Shown: piece after piece, positions 1-24,432 of the stretch
Position numbering within the stretch: the first letter of the stretch is position 1
How the letters are laid out: the number at the start of each line of letters is the position of its first letter
Assembly: GCF_009914755.1 (NCBI RefSeq)
Contig: NC_060938.1
Strand: one strand, 5' to 3'
From: the human T2T-CHM13v2.0 reference genome, Homo sapiens
Length of the DNA stretch: 64,000 nt
Made by a program: the position numbers and the translations under genes
Notes under the pieces: model-generated
The model's input: the letters and a program-made list of their open reading frames with translations, nothing else
Databases searched by the model: none
What the model was told of the DNA's origin: nothing

Positions 1-252
1 AACTACGGCCTGGAAGCCCCTGGCCCTGCCTTTGAGTTGTCCCGGCTCTTCCAGATCCAACCATTGTAAATCCTGCACGTACTGATTGATGTATTACATC
101 TCCCTAAAATGTACAAAGCAAGCTGTACTTCGACCACTTTGGGCACGTGTCCTCAGGACCTCCTGAGGCTGTATCATGGGTGCATCCTTAACCTTGGCAA
201 AATAAACTTTCTAAATTGATTGAGACTTGTCTCAGATAATTTTTGGTTTACA
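1..252 (+). mobile_element. 3' part of an ERV1 MER4-family LTR
   Basis: Ends ...ccttggcaaaataaactttctaaattgattgagacttgtctcagataatttttggtttaCA, matching the MER4 LTR 3' end I recognise (AATAAA plus terminal CA). Truncated by the window edge. Confidence 0.7.
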
Positions 253-1045
253 CAGCTTACACCTAGTGGGGGTAGTTTAAGAGACACTTAGGATACATTA
301 CCTTGTTTAATCCTCATAGCAAGTCTTAAAGGAAGTTGGAAGCTAAGAGATTTGCCCAAAGTGGTAAAGCCAAACCAGATGTGGTTTAAGAGGGAGGCCC
401 TGGCACTGAGGTAGAAGTCTCAGTTTTCTGCTGCCACCTTCCAGAGAGCCAAGAGAACCCACTCTTGCCTTCCAAGGAATGTGCCCAAAAGTTAGAAGAG
501 TTGGGAAGGTGACTACAGTATGCATCCATGAAGAGCTCTCTGGGATCTAATCATGTCTCAGCTTTGCCACTCATTAGCTTTGTAACCTTGGGCCAGTTAC
601 TGAGTCTCTCTGACCATAAGTTTTCTCATCTTGTTTAAGAGAATAAGAATGCTGTACTGAGCTTCCATTGTTTTTTTCTGAGTGACACCCAGTCCCGCTT
701 CTGCTAACAGTGCCCAAATTTTGCTTTACCTATTCCCAGTTGGGAGAAATAGGGGTGTGGGAGGCATGTTACTCTAGCTAGCCAGTGACATGCTCTCTGG
801 AAATTAATCTTCAGTGGGATAACCCAAAGATTAAATTGCACTGGAGCTCATTCATCTAGAAGAAGCCCTGACAAAAATGTTGCTGGTTTTTGCTCCTCAG
901 ACAAGGAGCCTTCTCCGCTCCTGACTAGTTATTTTACGACGAGTTCTGCTTCTCCTTCATTCTGTGAGCTCCCACCACAACCTGCCCCACCAAATCGAAT
1001 AATTCCCTTTTTGCTTAAGTTCATTAGAGCCAGTTTTTATTGCTT

Positions 1046-1080
1046 ACAACAACAAACAACAACAACAACAACAACAACAA
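1046..1080. repeat. (CAA)n microsatellite following a probable MLT1 (MaLR) LTR 3' end
   Basis: Near-perfect caa repeats. The preceding ttttgcttaagt...tttttattgcttacaac resembles an MLT1 terminus. Confidence 0.75.
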
Positions 1081-1339
1081 CCCCTAATTGATCCAAACAC
1101 CTACCTTGCAATGCTGTAAAAATTAAATGATACGAAGTGTGTCAAGTGCTTAGGCCAGTTCTGGCAGCAGTGCAAGCAGTCAGTAAGTGGTGACAGTTGT
1201 CTGTAAGTCACCACTGGGGGCAGGGCACAAGGAGGGAGAGGGGAGCTTGTTATCGGTGTGCATTCCACTGAGAAAAACCTTCCCCCAAGAGATAGAAGGA
1301 CAAACAGAAGGGAGGGAAGTCCAGGCTATGATATGCTCG

Positions 1340-1360
1340 TTTATTCCAAATGTCTTTATT
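1340..1360 (-). terminator. SLC22A17: SLC22A17 polyadenylation signals (two AATAAA)
   Basis: tttatt at 1340-1345 and 1355-1360, about 300 nt past the stop codon at 1664. Confidence 0.8.
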
Positions 1361-1663
1361 GAAACAGAATGATAGAGCAAGAAATAATGAGGTCTGGGTG
1401 GATGTCTTTGGGCGCAGGATGGAGCCCAGACCCAGTGGTTACAGTGTGGAGCTCTCTCCCTGTCCCCTGACTCTGGCCAAGGAAGTGAATGCAAAGCAGC
1501 AGGGAGGAGGCAGGGTGGGGACGGCCCTCTGAGCTCTCCGCGATGGCTGGCGTGAGGTGCCTCTGAGACTTCTGGGCAGCCCTGCCTTCCCTACTCAGTC
1601 TTCCCGATCTTCTTGCCACCTTTCTGTGTGGGCCAGCCTCCCGCCAGGGTACTCAGAGGCCGC

Positions 1664-7230
<5,567 letters not shown>

Positions 7231-7757
7231 GCCCAGAGCCACGAAGAGCACCGGCAGGCAGCAGAGGCCGAGCTGCAGCTGCTGGCCGCCGCCCAGCGCC
7301 CCCACCTGGGCGAGCAGCGCCTCAAAGCTGAGGGGGCCTGGGGGCACGGCCAGCGACAGGCTGCTGCCCAGTCCGTCGCCGCCCGCGTCTCCCTCCCCCT
7401 CCCGCTCGCGCTCCCGCTCACCCTGCAGCTGCTCCGTGGGCACCGCATCTCCGAGGGTCCCGACCTGCTGTTGGGGGGCAGGGGGTGGCAGGAGAAGGGT
7501 GAAGCGGAGGAAACCGCAGAGCAAGGGCAGGGGGCAGGTGGGAGGGAGGGCTAGGAAGGCAGTCAGGGGCGAGGGATGCGCAGGAGGAAAATGCCAGACG
7601 CTCCGCGGGGGCGGGGGTGCTGGGAGAGGATGGCGTCGCCACCTGGGGCTCGGGCACTTACTCCGTTGGAGGTGGGGGTGATCTCTACAGTGTTGTCGAT
7701 TTTGCCGCCGCCCCCGCCATTGGGCTCGGGGGTCCCGGTGGCCACCCGGGGAGCCAG
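7231..7757 (-). CDS. SLC22A17: CUG-initiated 111-aa N-terminal extension of SLC22A17 (exon 1 7757-7662, exon 2 7467-7231)
   Basis: The frame is open from a TGA at 7817-7815 across the GT-AG intron 7661-7468 into Met 7230, with no in-frame AUG. CTG at 7757 is in AAG-CTG-G context. Encodes the [19 protein letters not shown]22 motif and a hydrophobic TM1. Confidence 0.75.
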
Positions 7758-8154
7758 CTTGCCGACCGCAGGGGCCCTGCCGGCCCGCGCCGAAAGGATG
7801 CGCTGTCCTCTGGCTCAGTTGCGCGCCGGCTGCCCGGACACAGACAGCTCGAAGAGATCCCGCTCTGCAGCTCTGCAGCCGCGGGCGCCTCCTTGGTCTC
7901 TGCGATCTCTGCGCTGCTTTCCCCTCCCCTTCCTCTAGACTCTCCTCCCCTTCCCACGTCAGCAGAACCTTCGGTCCAGACTCTTCGTCAGAGAGAGGAA
8001 GGGGGGCCAGGGCCCAGGGGAGGGAGGGAAGGGGGGCTCTGTCGTCTCTTTCCTGGGTCTGCGGGCCATTGCGGTAAAAAAGAAAAAAAGCTGAAGGATA
8101 GTAGCTAGTCCAGGCAGATGCCAGAGATTCTTCCTCTGCTTCCAATCATTTGCC

Positions 8155-9605
8155 ATCATTCATTCATTCATTCATTCACCCATTCACTAATCAGTAAAAT
8201 TTAAGTGTCCACTACGTTCCAGGACTTGCACTAGACTTTAAGGATAACAGGGTGGACAAGTTCCACTTTGGAGACCTTTACTCCAGGGAGACAGACATGT
8301 AAACTGGCTATTACAGTACAACTTATGCATATGGAAGACTGTCTTGGCCCTGTATCAGCCCTAGCTTCAGTCCTCTACAAGGAGACCACTTTCTTGGGTT
8401 TCATCACTCCCATCCTGTTTGAATCTCCATTTCTCAACAGCATTTGGCACTGTTGACCCCTCTTCCTCTAAACACTCTCTTCCTTTGCTGCTGAGTCTCT
8501 CTTGCTCCCCTTTTCTCCATTGCAGAAATCGTCTTCCAGCTCATGGCATTGGTGCTGAGCATGGGCAGGCCATTATCCTCCCGGTTCTTGAGGCAATGAT
8601 TGAAGTCCAGCGGGGTGACGCAACTGCAGGAGGGGTCTGTATTGGTAGTGATGAGGCTGTGGTGCTGGCTTCTAGGGCCATTCCCGTCTGTATCATTTAG
8701 ACACCATGGTTCAGTGTCTGGAATCCTCACAGACTTAGTCCTAGGCCCTCCTCTCATCTCACACTGTCTCCACTTTGGGATCTTACCTATGCCCACAGCT
8801 TCAATCACCACCCATACAAACAATACAAACCTGACGCCCAGACTGACATCTCCAGCTTCCACCTCTGTTCTGAGCTCCAGACCTATGAAGCCACCTCTTA
8901 TTTGACCTTCACCTTGGATGACTCACAGGGACCTCAAACTCAATATGTTCAAGACGAAATTTTTGCTTTTCCCCCATAACTTGGTTGGCTTCCACTGCTT
9001 TTTTCTGCAGCGAATGGCACCCTCAACATCGCATTGTGGCCAAATGCTCAGGCAACAGCCTTTAGAGCTTTCTCTTCCTTATCCATGTTGAATTCTTTAC
9101 AAAATTCTGCCCATTTTACTTCCTATATATTCTCAGACATCCCACATCTCTCCATCTCTACCATTATTAGTCAAGCTACCTGTTGCAAAGACCACTTTAG
9201 CTCCCTAATTCCTAACTGGTGTTCAGCGTCCGCTTTGTTTATACCTCCTTATCACCCATATGTCATTTATAGTCAGATAGAATGATCTTTTCAAAATACA
9301 GATCTGATCATGTATCTTTCCTGCTAACCAGCCTTCAGTGGTGTCTCCTCACTGTCAAAGTGAATATTAAAAATCTAGATACCTCATACATGGTTCTACA
9401 TGCCTGGTCACATGCTGTCTGTAGTTCCATCTCACTTCTTTCCCCAAACTCTCTGCACTCCAGCCACAGACCTTCTTCTAGTTTTCCCAGCGCCACGAGG
9501 CCTTTGAACAAGCTGGTTCCTGCACCTAAAAAGCTTCTTAGTCACATTTTTCTCATCCTTCAGCTCTCAGCCTAAACATCTTTGCTACACAGGAGTCTTC
9601 CCTAA
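8155..9605. mobile_element. L2 LINE fragments, with a (CATT)n L2 tail at 8155-8187
   Basis: L2-diagnostic text: cagcatttggcactgttgacc, agtcctaggccctcctctc, ctcaaactcaatatgttcaa, cagatctgatcatgt. The CATT-repeat end is a separate, oppositely oriented piece. Confidence 0.7.
8543..8678 (-). pseudogene. Degenerate duplicated fragment of SLC22A17 exon 2
   Basis: Hand alignment to 6971-7107 gives 109/137 identical with one 1-nt gap. It translates to [35 protein letters not shown] versus [35 protein letters not shown] in the gene. Confidence 0.85.
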
Positions 9606-9611
9606 CCTCTA

Positions 9612-9772
9612 GAATTGCTACTCAAAGTGTGGTTCATGGACCAGCAGCATTCCTGGGAGCTTGTTAGAAATGCAGAATCCAAGCCTCACCCAGACCCTTG
9701 AATCATAATCTGTATTTTATCCAGATCTCCAGGCATAGGTATTATACATTAAAGGTAGAGACACACATCTCT
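9612..9772. mobile_element. MER5A (hAT-Charlie) DNA transposon
   Basis: ctcaaagtgtggttcatggaccagcagcat...gagcttgttagaaatgcagaatc matches MER5A. Confidence 0.75.
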
Positions 9773-9934
9773 AAGAGATTTGTTACCTGATAGGTACTTT
9801 ATTCTCTAATCCTAGGTAAGGGCTAGAAAGCAGTGTTCTATCATTGTCAGCCGGGAAATCTTTCCCCCTTCTCTCCACTGAACCACACTTTTAACTTGTC
9901 TCTGTTCAGAAATTTTCCACGTATGGGAAACTCT

Positions 9935-10220
9935 TTTCTTCAGACAGGGTCTCACTGTCTTACCCAGGATGGAGTGCAGTGGCTTGATCACAGCTCACTG
10001 CAGTCTCCACCTCCCCAGCTCAAGCAATCCTCCTACCTCAGCCTCCTGAATAGCTGGGACTACATGCATGTGCCACCACACTTGGCTAATTTTTTGATGT
10101 TTTGTTGAGACAGGGTCTCACTGTGTGGCCCAGGCTGGCCTCATACTCCTGAGTTCAAGCCGTACTCCGGCCTCAGCCTCCCGAAGTGCTGGGATTACAG
10201 GTGCGAGTCACTGCATCCCT
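9935..10220 (-). mobile_element. Old Alu (AluJ-like)
   Basis: Reverse Alu: gacagggtctcactgt...gctgggattacaggtgcgagtcactg, highly diverged. Confidence 0.85.
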
Positions 10221-11434
10221 CCGAAACATTTCTTTGCTAATGCATCAAGCAGCCTCCTACCACTTCCCCTCTCCCAACTCATTTCAGCATCTCTTCAGGT
10301 TTTACTATGGTGCTGTATAGCCAATATTCCTTGGGGATTTATCGTCTGCATCCTTGTGTCTGTCCTGGAATAATAATCACTTAATTTATACATTGTGGGG
10401 CTGTTCACATGCATTTTCTTGTTAGGTCCTCACAATAACCCTGTAAGACCATTATGATCATGCTAATATTGAAGATGAAACCAGGACTTCAGAGGGACTG
10501 GCATGATTTACCCATGGATGCACAACTACATGGCAGATCAGAGACTTGAATTGAAACCTCTAATTCCAGGCTAATCTCTTGAAATTCTGTTTGGAAGATG
10601 ATGGACGATAGACTTCAACACATGGGGGTGAATTTTGTTGGCCCCAGAATCTGACAGTGCATTTTTCTTTGAGAGTGAGATGAGAAAGGAACCTAAAGGG
10701 GAGGAGGCAAATGTGCAGGGGTGCCAACAGACTATGATTATGCCCCCAATCCAGTCATCATGCCATGGTAATATCTTGGGAAAGCAGAACTGAAGCAATT
10801 GATTTGTAGCTTGGATGTTTTCCCTTGTGGTAAATGGCTAGCGTGATCTATCTAAGCCACGGTCTTATCAATTTCACCAAAGTCCTGAAGACTGACCTTT
10901 CAACACATTGCATTCATCTGCAACCGCGGATCCTCCAGAAAATGGTTTGTCCAGAAGGATGATGAGCAGGTCATCCTGAGATGATCTACCTGGGAAGCCA
11001 ACTGAAAAGGCCTATACCCTCTTGGTGTCACCTAAGGAAGAGGGTGCCTAGACTGGCCAGCAGCAGTCTCCAGTTGGCCAGGGCTATCCTGTGGTGCAAA
11101 GCTGAGGCTGGGCCTTTAGTTGGGGTGGCCTCTCCAGGATGGCACATTTCAAGGCCCTTATGTGGTCAGCTTCTCTCCACATTGACACCTCTCTAATGAC
11201 ATCATATGACAATGAAGTCTTGGAGGAAGGCCCTCAGGTCAGTCATCGGCATCTGCCTTCTGGGAACACTAGTCCTCAGACTCTCCTCCTCTGGGTTTCA
11301 GTTCAGATCTCACCTCCCAACCATCCTGTCTAAAGTCTCCTTCACTGCCCTCTCCCCTCATCTAGTTAGTTTCTTCAAATCATCCTGCCGACGTCCATCA
11401 CCAGCAAATGTCGAATCTATGGCAGGTTTATGTT

Positions 11435-11698
11435 TTTATTTATGTATTTTAACTGACTTATTTGTGTATCCCACTAGAACAATACATTCACAATATACTT
11501 GCAGAACTGTGCCTGGCGCGTCATGGGAGCAGAGAACTTGTCCAGTGAATAGTTGTTGAAGAAAGGAGTAAAATCTCCCCCAAACCCTAAAGGCATCCTT
11601 TTCGTAGTGTGTGTCCCATAGGTATGGCTGCTGAGCACCAGGGCTGCTCACCATGCTCCCAAGAAGCAGAGTCAGGGAGGCAGACAGCAGGGTTTATT
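11435..11698 (-). terminator. EFS: EFS polyadenylation signals (AATAAA at 11698-11693 and 11440-11435)
   Basis: Two tttatt hexamers about 550 and 800 nt downstream of the EFS stop codon. Confidence 0.65.
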
Positions 11699-12241
11699 AA
11701 GGTGCACACCCATGTCTGAGCCCCAGCTCTCTCCGCCTTCTGTGGGGAGAAGCCCTCCGGTCTTTCCGAGAACCTTCAAACTCTGGACAGTTTATGTCTT
11801 GCCCGCACTCTCAGCTAACAGTGCAGTGCTGATCTTCTAGAGCCAAGAAACAGGAAAAGAGAGAGGCTCTATGTGGCCCCAGGTTTCTGCCACCTGACTT
11901 TTCACAGCCAGTCTTCCAGAGGTGGGTGGTAGTGCAGTGACCTCCACCCTAGGCTGAGGAGAGAAGGATCTAGTTCCTCACTGCCCCAGAGCCTAGTACC
12001 TGCTCCTGACAAAGCAGGGAATAATATTAAATATAAATAATTTACACAAAATGGCTTGTACAAAAAGCTGTAGGTTAGGGGGAGAAGACACCTCTGTGAG
12101 AGGTTGAGATGAGCAGAAAGGGCAGGAAAGGGGAAAGATACCCCCATTTCTCCTAGTCCCTTAACAAAGCCTTCCAGCCACCCAAGGCCTAAAGGGGGGC
12201 TTTGGCAGGCAGGGGAGGAGCAGAGCTGTGCCAAAGGACCT

Positions 12242-20041
<7,800 letters not shown>

Positions 20042-23000
20042 GGCTTTGGCCTCCCGCGCAGCCTGCCTCAGGCCAGGCTCGGTTTTGCTGACTTCAGCGG
20101 TGGCTGCCCCGCACCATGGTCCGCGGCCTCTAGCCCCCAGCTGTGGCGCCTGAGTCGTGGCCTCCGCCAAGGTTGGAGGAGGAGAAAGAAAACCCACAAA
20201 ACTTCCCAAATGAGAGGCAGGCTAGCCAGGCAGGAGGAGGAGCGGGGCGGGCCGGGGCGTCGCTGCGGGACGGCATCCAAGGGCGCGCGCTGCGTGCTGT
20301 CCCCGCGGCCTCCCGGGCGCCACCGGCTCGGCCAGGCCCCGGGAGCTGCCCGCCCTAGGCCGCGGGGGCGCCCCGGGCTCGCAGGATCCGAAAATTCCCT
20401 TCCCGGGCCGGGGCGGGTGAGCAGGCGGGCGCTGGGCTGCGCTCGACGCCTCTCCAGGCCGCTCAGGAGAGCCTCGAGGGCTGGGAGAAGCCGCCGGGGC
20501 GGTTGGGCTGGACGAGCGAGTTTAGGGGCCAACCGTCTCCACCCGCCGGCCGCGCTGCAGAGCGGTGCTCCCAGGGCTGGGGTCTGCGGCGACCCCGCTG
20601 GGAGGAAGGGAGAGCGAGAACTGAGACGCTTGCCCCAAGTTGCCTGGAGCCAAAGGCCCCCGAGAGCGTGGCCGTGGGGCTGGGTCGCTGGAGTGGCCGC
20701 TTCGGCCCAGACACTCGCACCCCCGGCGGTGCGGCGGTTTTCACGCGCGCACTCACTCAGCGCGCCCGGGGGTCTGAGGTCGCCGCTACGGCGCCTCGCC
20801 CCGGGCAGCAGCAACCAGCACGCAGGCACCCCTGGAACAGGCGGGACTGCCTTCCCGACGCGCGGCCTGCGCCCAGGCGGCGGAGGGGCCCAGCCCCCTT
20901 CCAGTCCTCGGCTCCAGGGCGCAGGGCCACGAGCTCCCGCTCCCACCCTCGGCCCCTGGCACCCGGCGCCGGCTCCGCCGCCCTCTCTCACACGCACCCT
21001 TGGCAGGGCCCCGCGGGGCGCCCCAAAGCTTGGGGGCAGCTCCCAGGTGTCTCTGGGAAGGGAAAGAAAGGCCACAAAGCAAAAGAAGGAGCAAAGAGAA
21101 GGCGAGGGAGGAGCAGGGGCCCGGGTCCTGTGGACTCGCCTGGGCTGGGAGTGGGGACACTGAGAGGGCTGCGAAGGCTCCGGGGGTCGCGCGTGGCCCG
21201 CAGGCTCACCCCTGGCCCGCGGCTGCCCTTCCCTCCCCTTCCTGGGCTCCTGGCCCCTCTCAGTGCTGTTCCTTTCTCCTCCCCTCAGGCCCTCTCCTCT
21301 CCCGCGCAGGGCTCCGTCCTGGGGATTAAGAGAAAGGAGGGAGGGGAAAGGGGAGGGGAAGGGAAGGGGCGGAGGAGAAAGAGGGACGATCCTTCCAAAG
21401 GCGGGTGTTGAGTTTCAGCTCAGGACCCTCGGGTCCAACTGCCTGTGGTACCCCCCACACCCCCCACCCCCGTCCCGCCCTGGCCCTGCCCCAGTCCCCG
21501 GCGCCTTCCTCCTCCGGACTCCGCTGCATGCCTCGCTTGCGGTGGTCCGATCGGCTTTCTCCGGGAGCTTTCCTCTCCCCGCCACGCCCCCGTCTCCCCG
21601 GCCGTCCCCGCGCCTCTCGGCCTCCCTTTCATTAGCCCCACATCTGTCTTTCCCATGGGAGGGAGCGCGCGCCTTCCGCCCAGCGGGGCCCTTAGCAGAG
21701 CCTCTCCAATCCTCGGCGCCTCCCCTACACAGGGTTCGCTGGGCCGTTCTTGCGGGGCACAGGAGGGGAGTCTGGCGCTGGACATGGATTCTGGCCCTAG
21801 TGACAACATGAAGCAGGGCGTCTGGCCCCAGAACTGCAGGCGGGCAGGTTGTGCGGCCTCTTACACTCCTCTGCCAGTCTGGGCCTGTCGGCCTCCTCAG
21901 CCTGGCTCACTCTTGCTGCTATGAGGAGAGGATTGGGCAGGACCGCTGGCACAAAAGTTGCTAGAACTCTTCCAGAGGAGATGGGATCTAGCCCCACCAG
22001 GAGTTTCCACTGAAAGGATGGTGCTCCTAGCCCCCTACAGCTCCTCTGCCCTGGGATAACTCCTTAGTGTGTGCTGCTTCCCTGGACCTTCCCTCTGGGA
22101 CACACACATCAGGGCCTCTCAGGCTTGAGTGAAGCCTGCCTTCTTCCATTTTTGAGGTTCCTGGTATTTAAAAAGCAAGATGACAAACAGGATTGAAAGC
22201 TGTGGTATATTTTGGATGTTTACATTGAACAAATTAACGCTTCAAACACATACAATAGAGAATGACTCTGTGCATAACCTTATTTGGAGACAAGATCAGA
22301 AATGTAATATAAGGCCCTTGGTGAACTTGAGGCCCTGGACAGATAACCTTGCCTCAATATTCCACAGGCCCACACATCTAGGCATTTCCTAGGAGAGTGT
22401 GGTCAGGACACCTGCCCCAGCTCCTTCCCCACTGTATTACCTGGGCACCTGTGAAGAAACCTCTGCTGGAAGGGTGTGGTGGAGCCTATGGGGTGGAATA
22501 GGGAGAGATTCTGGGATAAACATGGGGATGGGGATAAACTGTGTTGGCTCTAGGCTGGCTCTCCATGATGGAAGACTCCTGAATAGATTCCAACTCCACT
22601 GGGATGGTAGAGGAACTTTTAAATTTCCAGGGAGAGCTCCTGCTTCCCAGCTCCAGTTAGGTTAGAGGTGGCCACTAGGGAAGATTTTCCAACCTCTTCC
22701 AGACCCCAGCCCTGGGGGACCTGGCTGCCAGGCACACGGATATCCAGCTGCTGGCGAGTGACTTGGTGTGATCTCTGCCCAGGAGACTGCCAAGGCAAAT
22801 TGGGGTCCAAGGTGGAGGTGGGCAGGAAACCCTGTCTTCAAAGATGAATGCTTTGACTGGCACGAGGGGAAATAGATGGAGGCCAGAAAAGGCTAAGGAG
22901 GAAGGAAACTGCTAGGACCAGGCAAGGGTTGGCTTGGGAGATGGGCAGGCAGTTTCCCTGCCCGGGGAAGGGTAGAAGAGGGACAGCAGAGGACAGACCA

Positions 23001-23869
23001 GTGGGAAATAAGGCTGCTTCTGGAATATCCAGGTGTGGAATGGAGCCAGTCAGAGTCACAAGTGAATCCTGCTTAACTAGCTGTGTGACCTTTGTCCAGT
23101 TATAGGGCATCCGAGTCTCAGGTCCTCCTCTGTGGCAGTGACTTTGGTGAGGAGTAAGCTTATGTAGATTGCCAGGCACAGTGCTCTTCTTCCATGGCTT
23201 TTCCTCTTTACCTTGGCTTCCCCTCTGACTTGTGCTTTCCAGAAAGCTGAATGTGTTCGTTGTTGAGGGCAGGTGAGGTTGGAGAAAACCCAGGCTTGGC
23301 AGGTAGCTGAGACCCTGGGTGGGTGGCAGCCTCAAGCAGTGGGTCTTCAAGGTTTGCCCTTGCCATATTCAGGGAGAAGAAGGGAAGGAACCCCTCCATT
23401 TGGCTTCCCGGGTCCCAGTCTTTTCTCCCATTCTTTCCCCTTCCCTGCAGGTCCAATGAGCTGGTTTTTTCCTCACCTGACCCCAAGACTTCCTGGACCT
23501 CTCCTTGTTTCTCCTGCTACCCAAAACTTCTTGGGTGCTCACCAATTCTTCAGTTCTCCTCTCTTTGGACCCATAGCACCTAGATTGCCTGGGTTCTAAT
23601 CCTGGTTCTAACACTGGCTAGTTACCTTGGCCAAGTTCTGTGACTTCCTGGAGCCTCTGGTTCCTTGTCTGTAGAGTGGGAATGTTAATTGAACTTTTAG
23701 CATTTACTTGTTATGAGGATTAAGGGAATCCCAAGAACAGTATCAGGCCCATGAGGTGTAAATTTTGGACAAAGGCAACTACTATTATTGTTATTTGGTG
23801 ATGGCCTTGTGGTGGCACTAGAATGTCAAGGACATGGTGCCTGCCCTCAAGAAACATATCATGTAGCTC

Positions 23870-24432
23870 ATGCTTGAATCCAGTCAATATCTTCCGGCTG
23901 ACTCTGGAATAAAATCCAAATGCTCCATGGTAGCCTGGAGGACCCTATGTGATCTGCTCCCTGCCCACCTCTTTCACCTCATCTTGTCTCCCTCTCCTCC
24001 TTATCTCTTGTTCAACATCTACACTGTCCTTTCTGTTTCTCAAATATGCCATGCTCTTTTCCACCTCTAGGACTCTGCATGTCCTGCCCCCTCTGCCTAA
24101 ACTACTTCCCCCAGACCCTTTCTGTCATCAGGTGAAATCCTGCATCCTCAGAAAGGCCTTTCCTGGCTTTCCAACTTAAAGTTGCCCTGCCTTCCTCTCC
24201 CCCACCCCCAGTAACTCCCTATCTCATAATGCTGTTTCATTTTCTTCATAGCACTTATTATTATCAGAAATTATCTTGTTTCCTTGTTTATAATCTGTCT
24301 CCCCCTAAAACGTAAGCTTCATGAGGCAGGGACCTTGTCTGGCTTGTCCTCCCCTGCATTTCTAGCTGTTAGAATAGTGCTTGGAACACAGTAGGTGCAC
24401 AGTAAATATTTGGTGAGTGGATAAGTGAACGA
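23870..24432 (+). mobile_element. L2 3' end
   Basis: aataaaatccaaa...catgaggcagggaccttgtct...cacagtaggtgcacagtaaatatttggtgagtg is typical of the L2 terminus. Confidence 0.75.

Noticed and set aside
8434-8862. 142-aa ORF as an expressed SLC22A17 paralogue
   Set aside because: Non-AUG start, mostly L2-derived, no splice donor. Only about 35-40 codons are homologous (reported above as a fragment).
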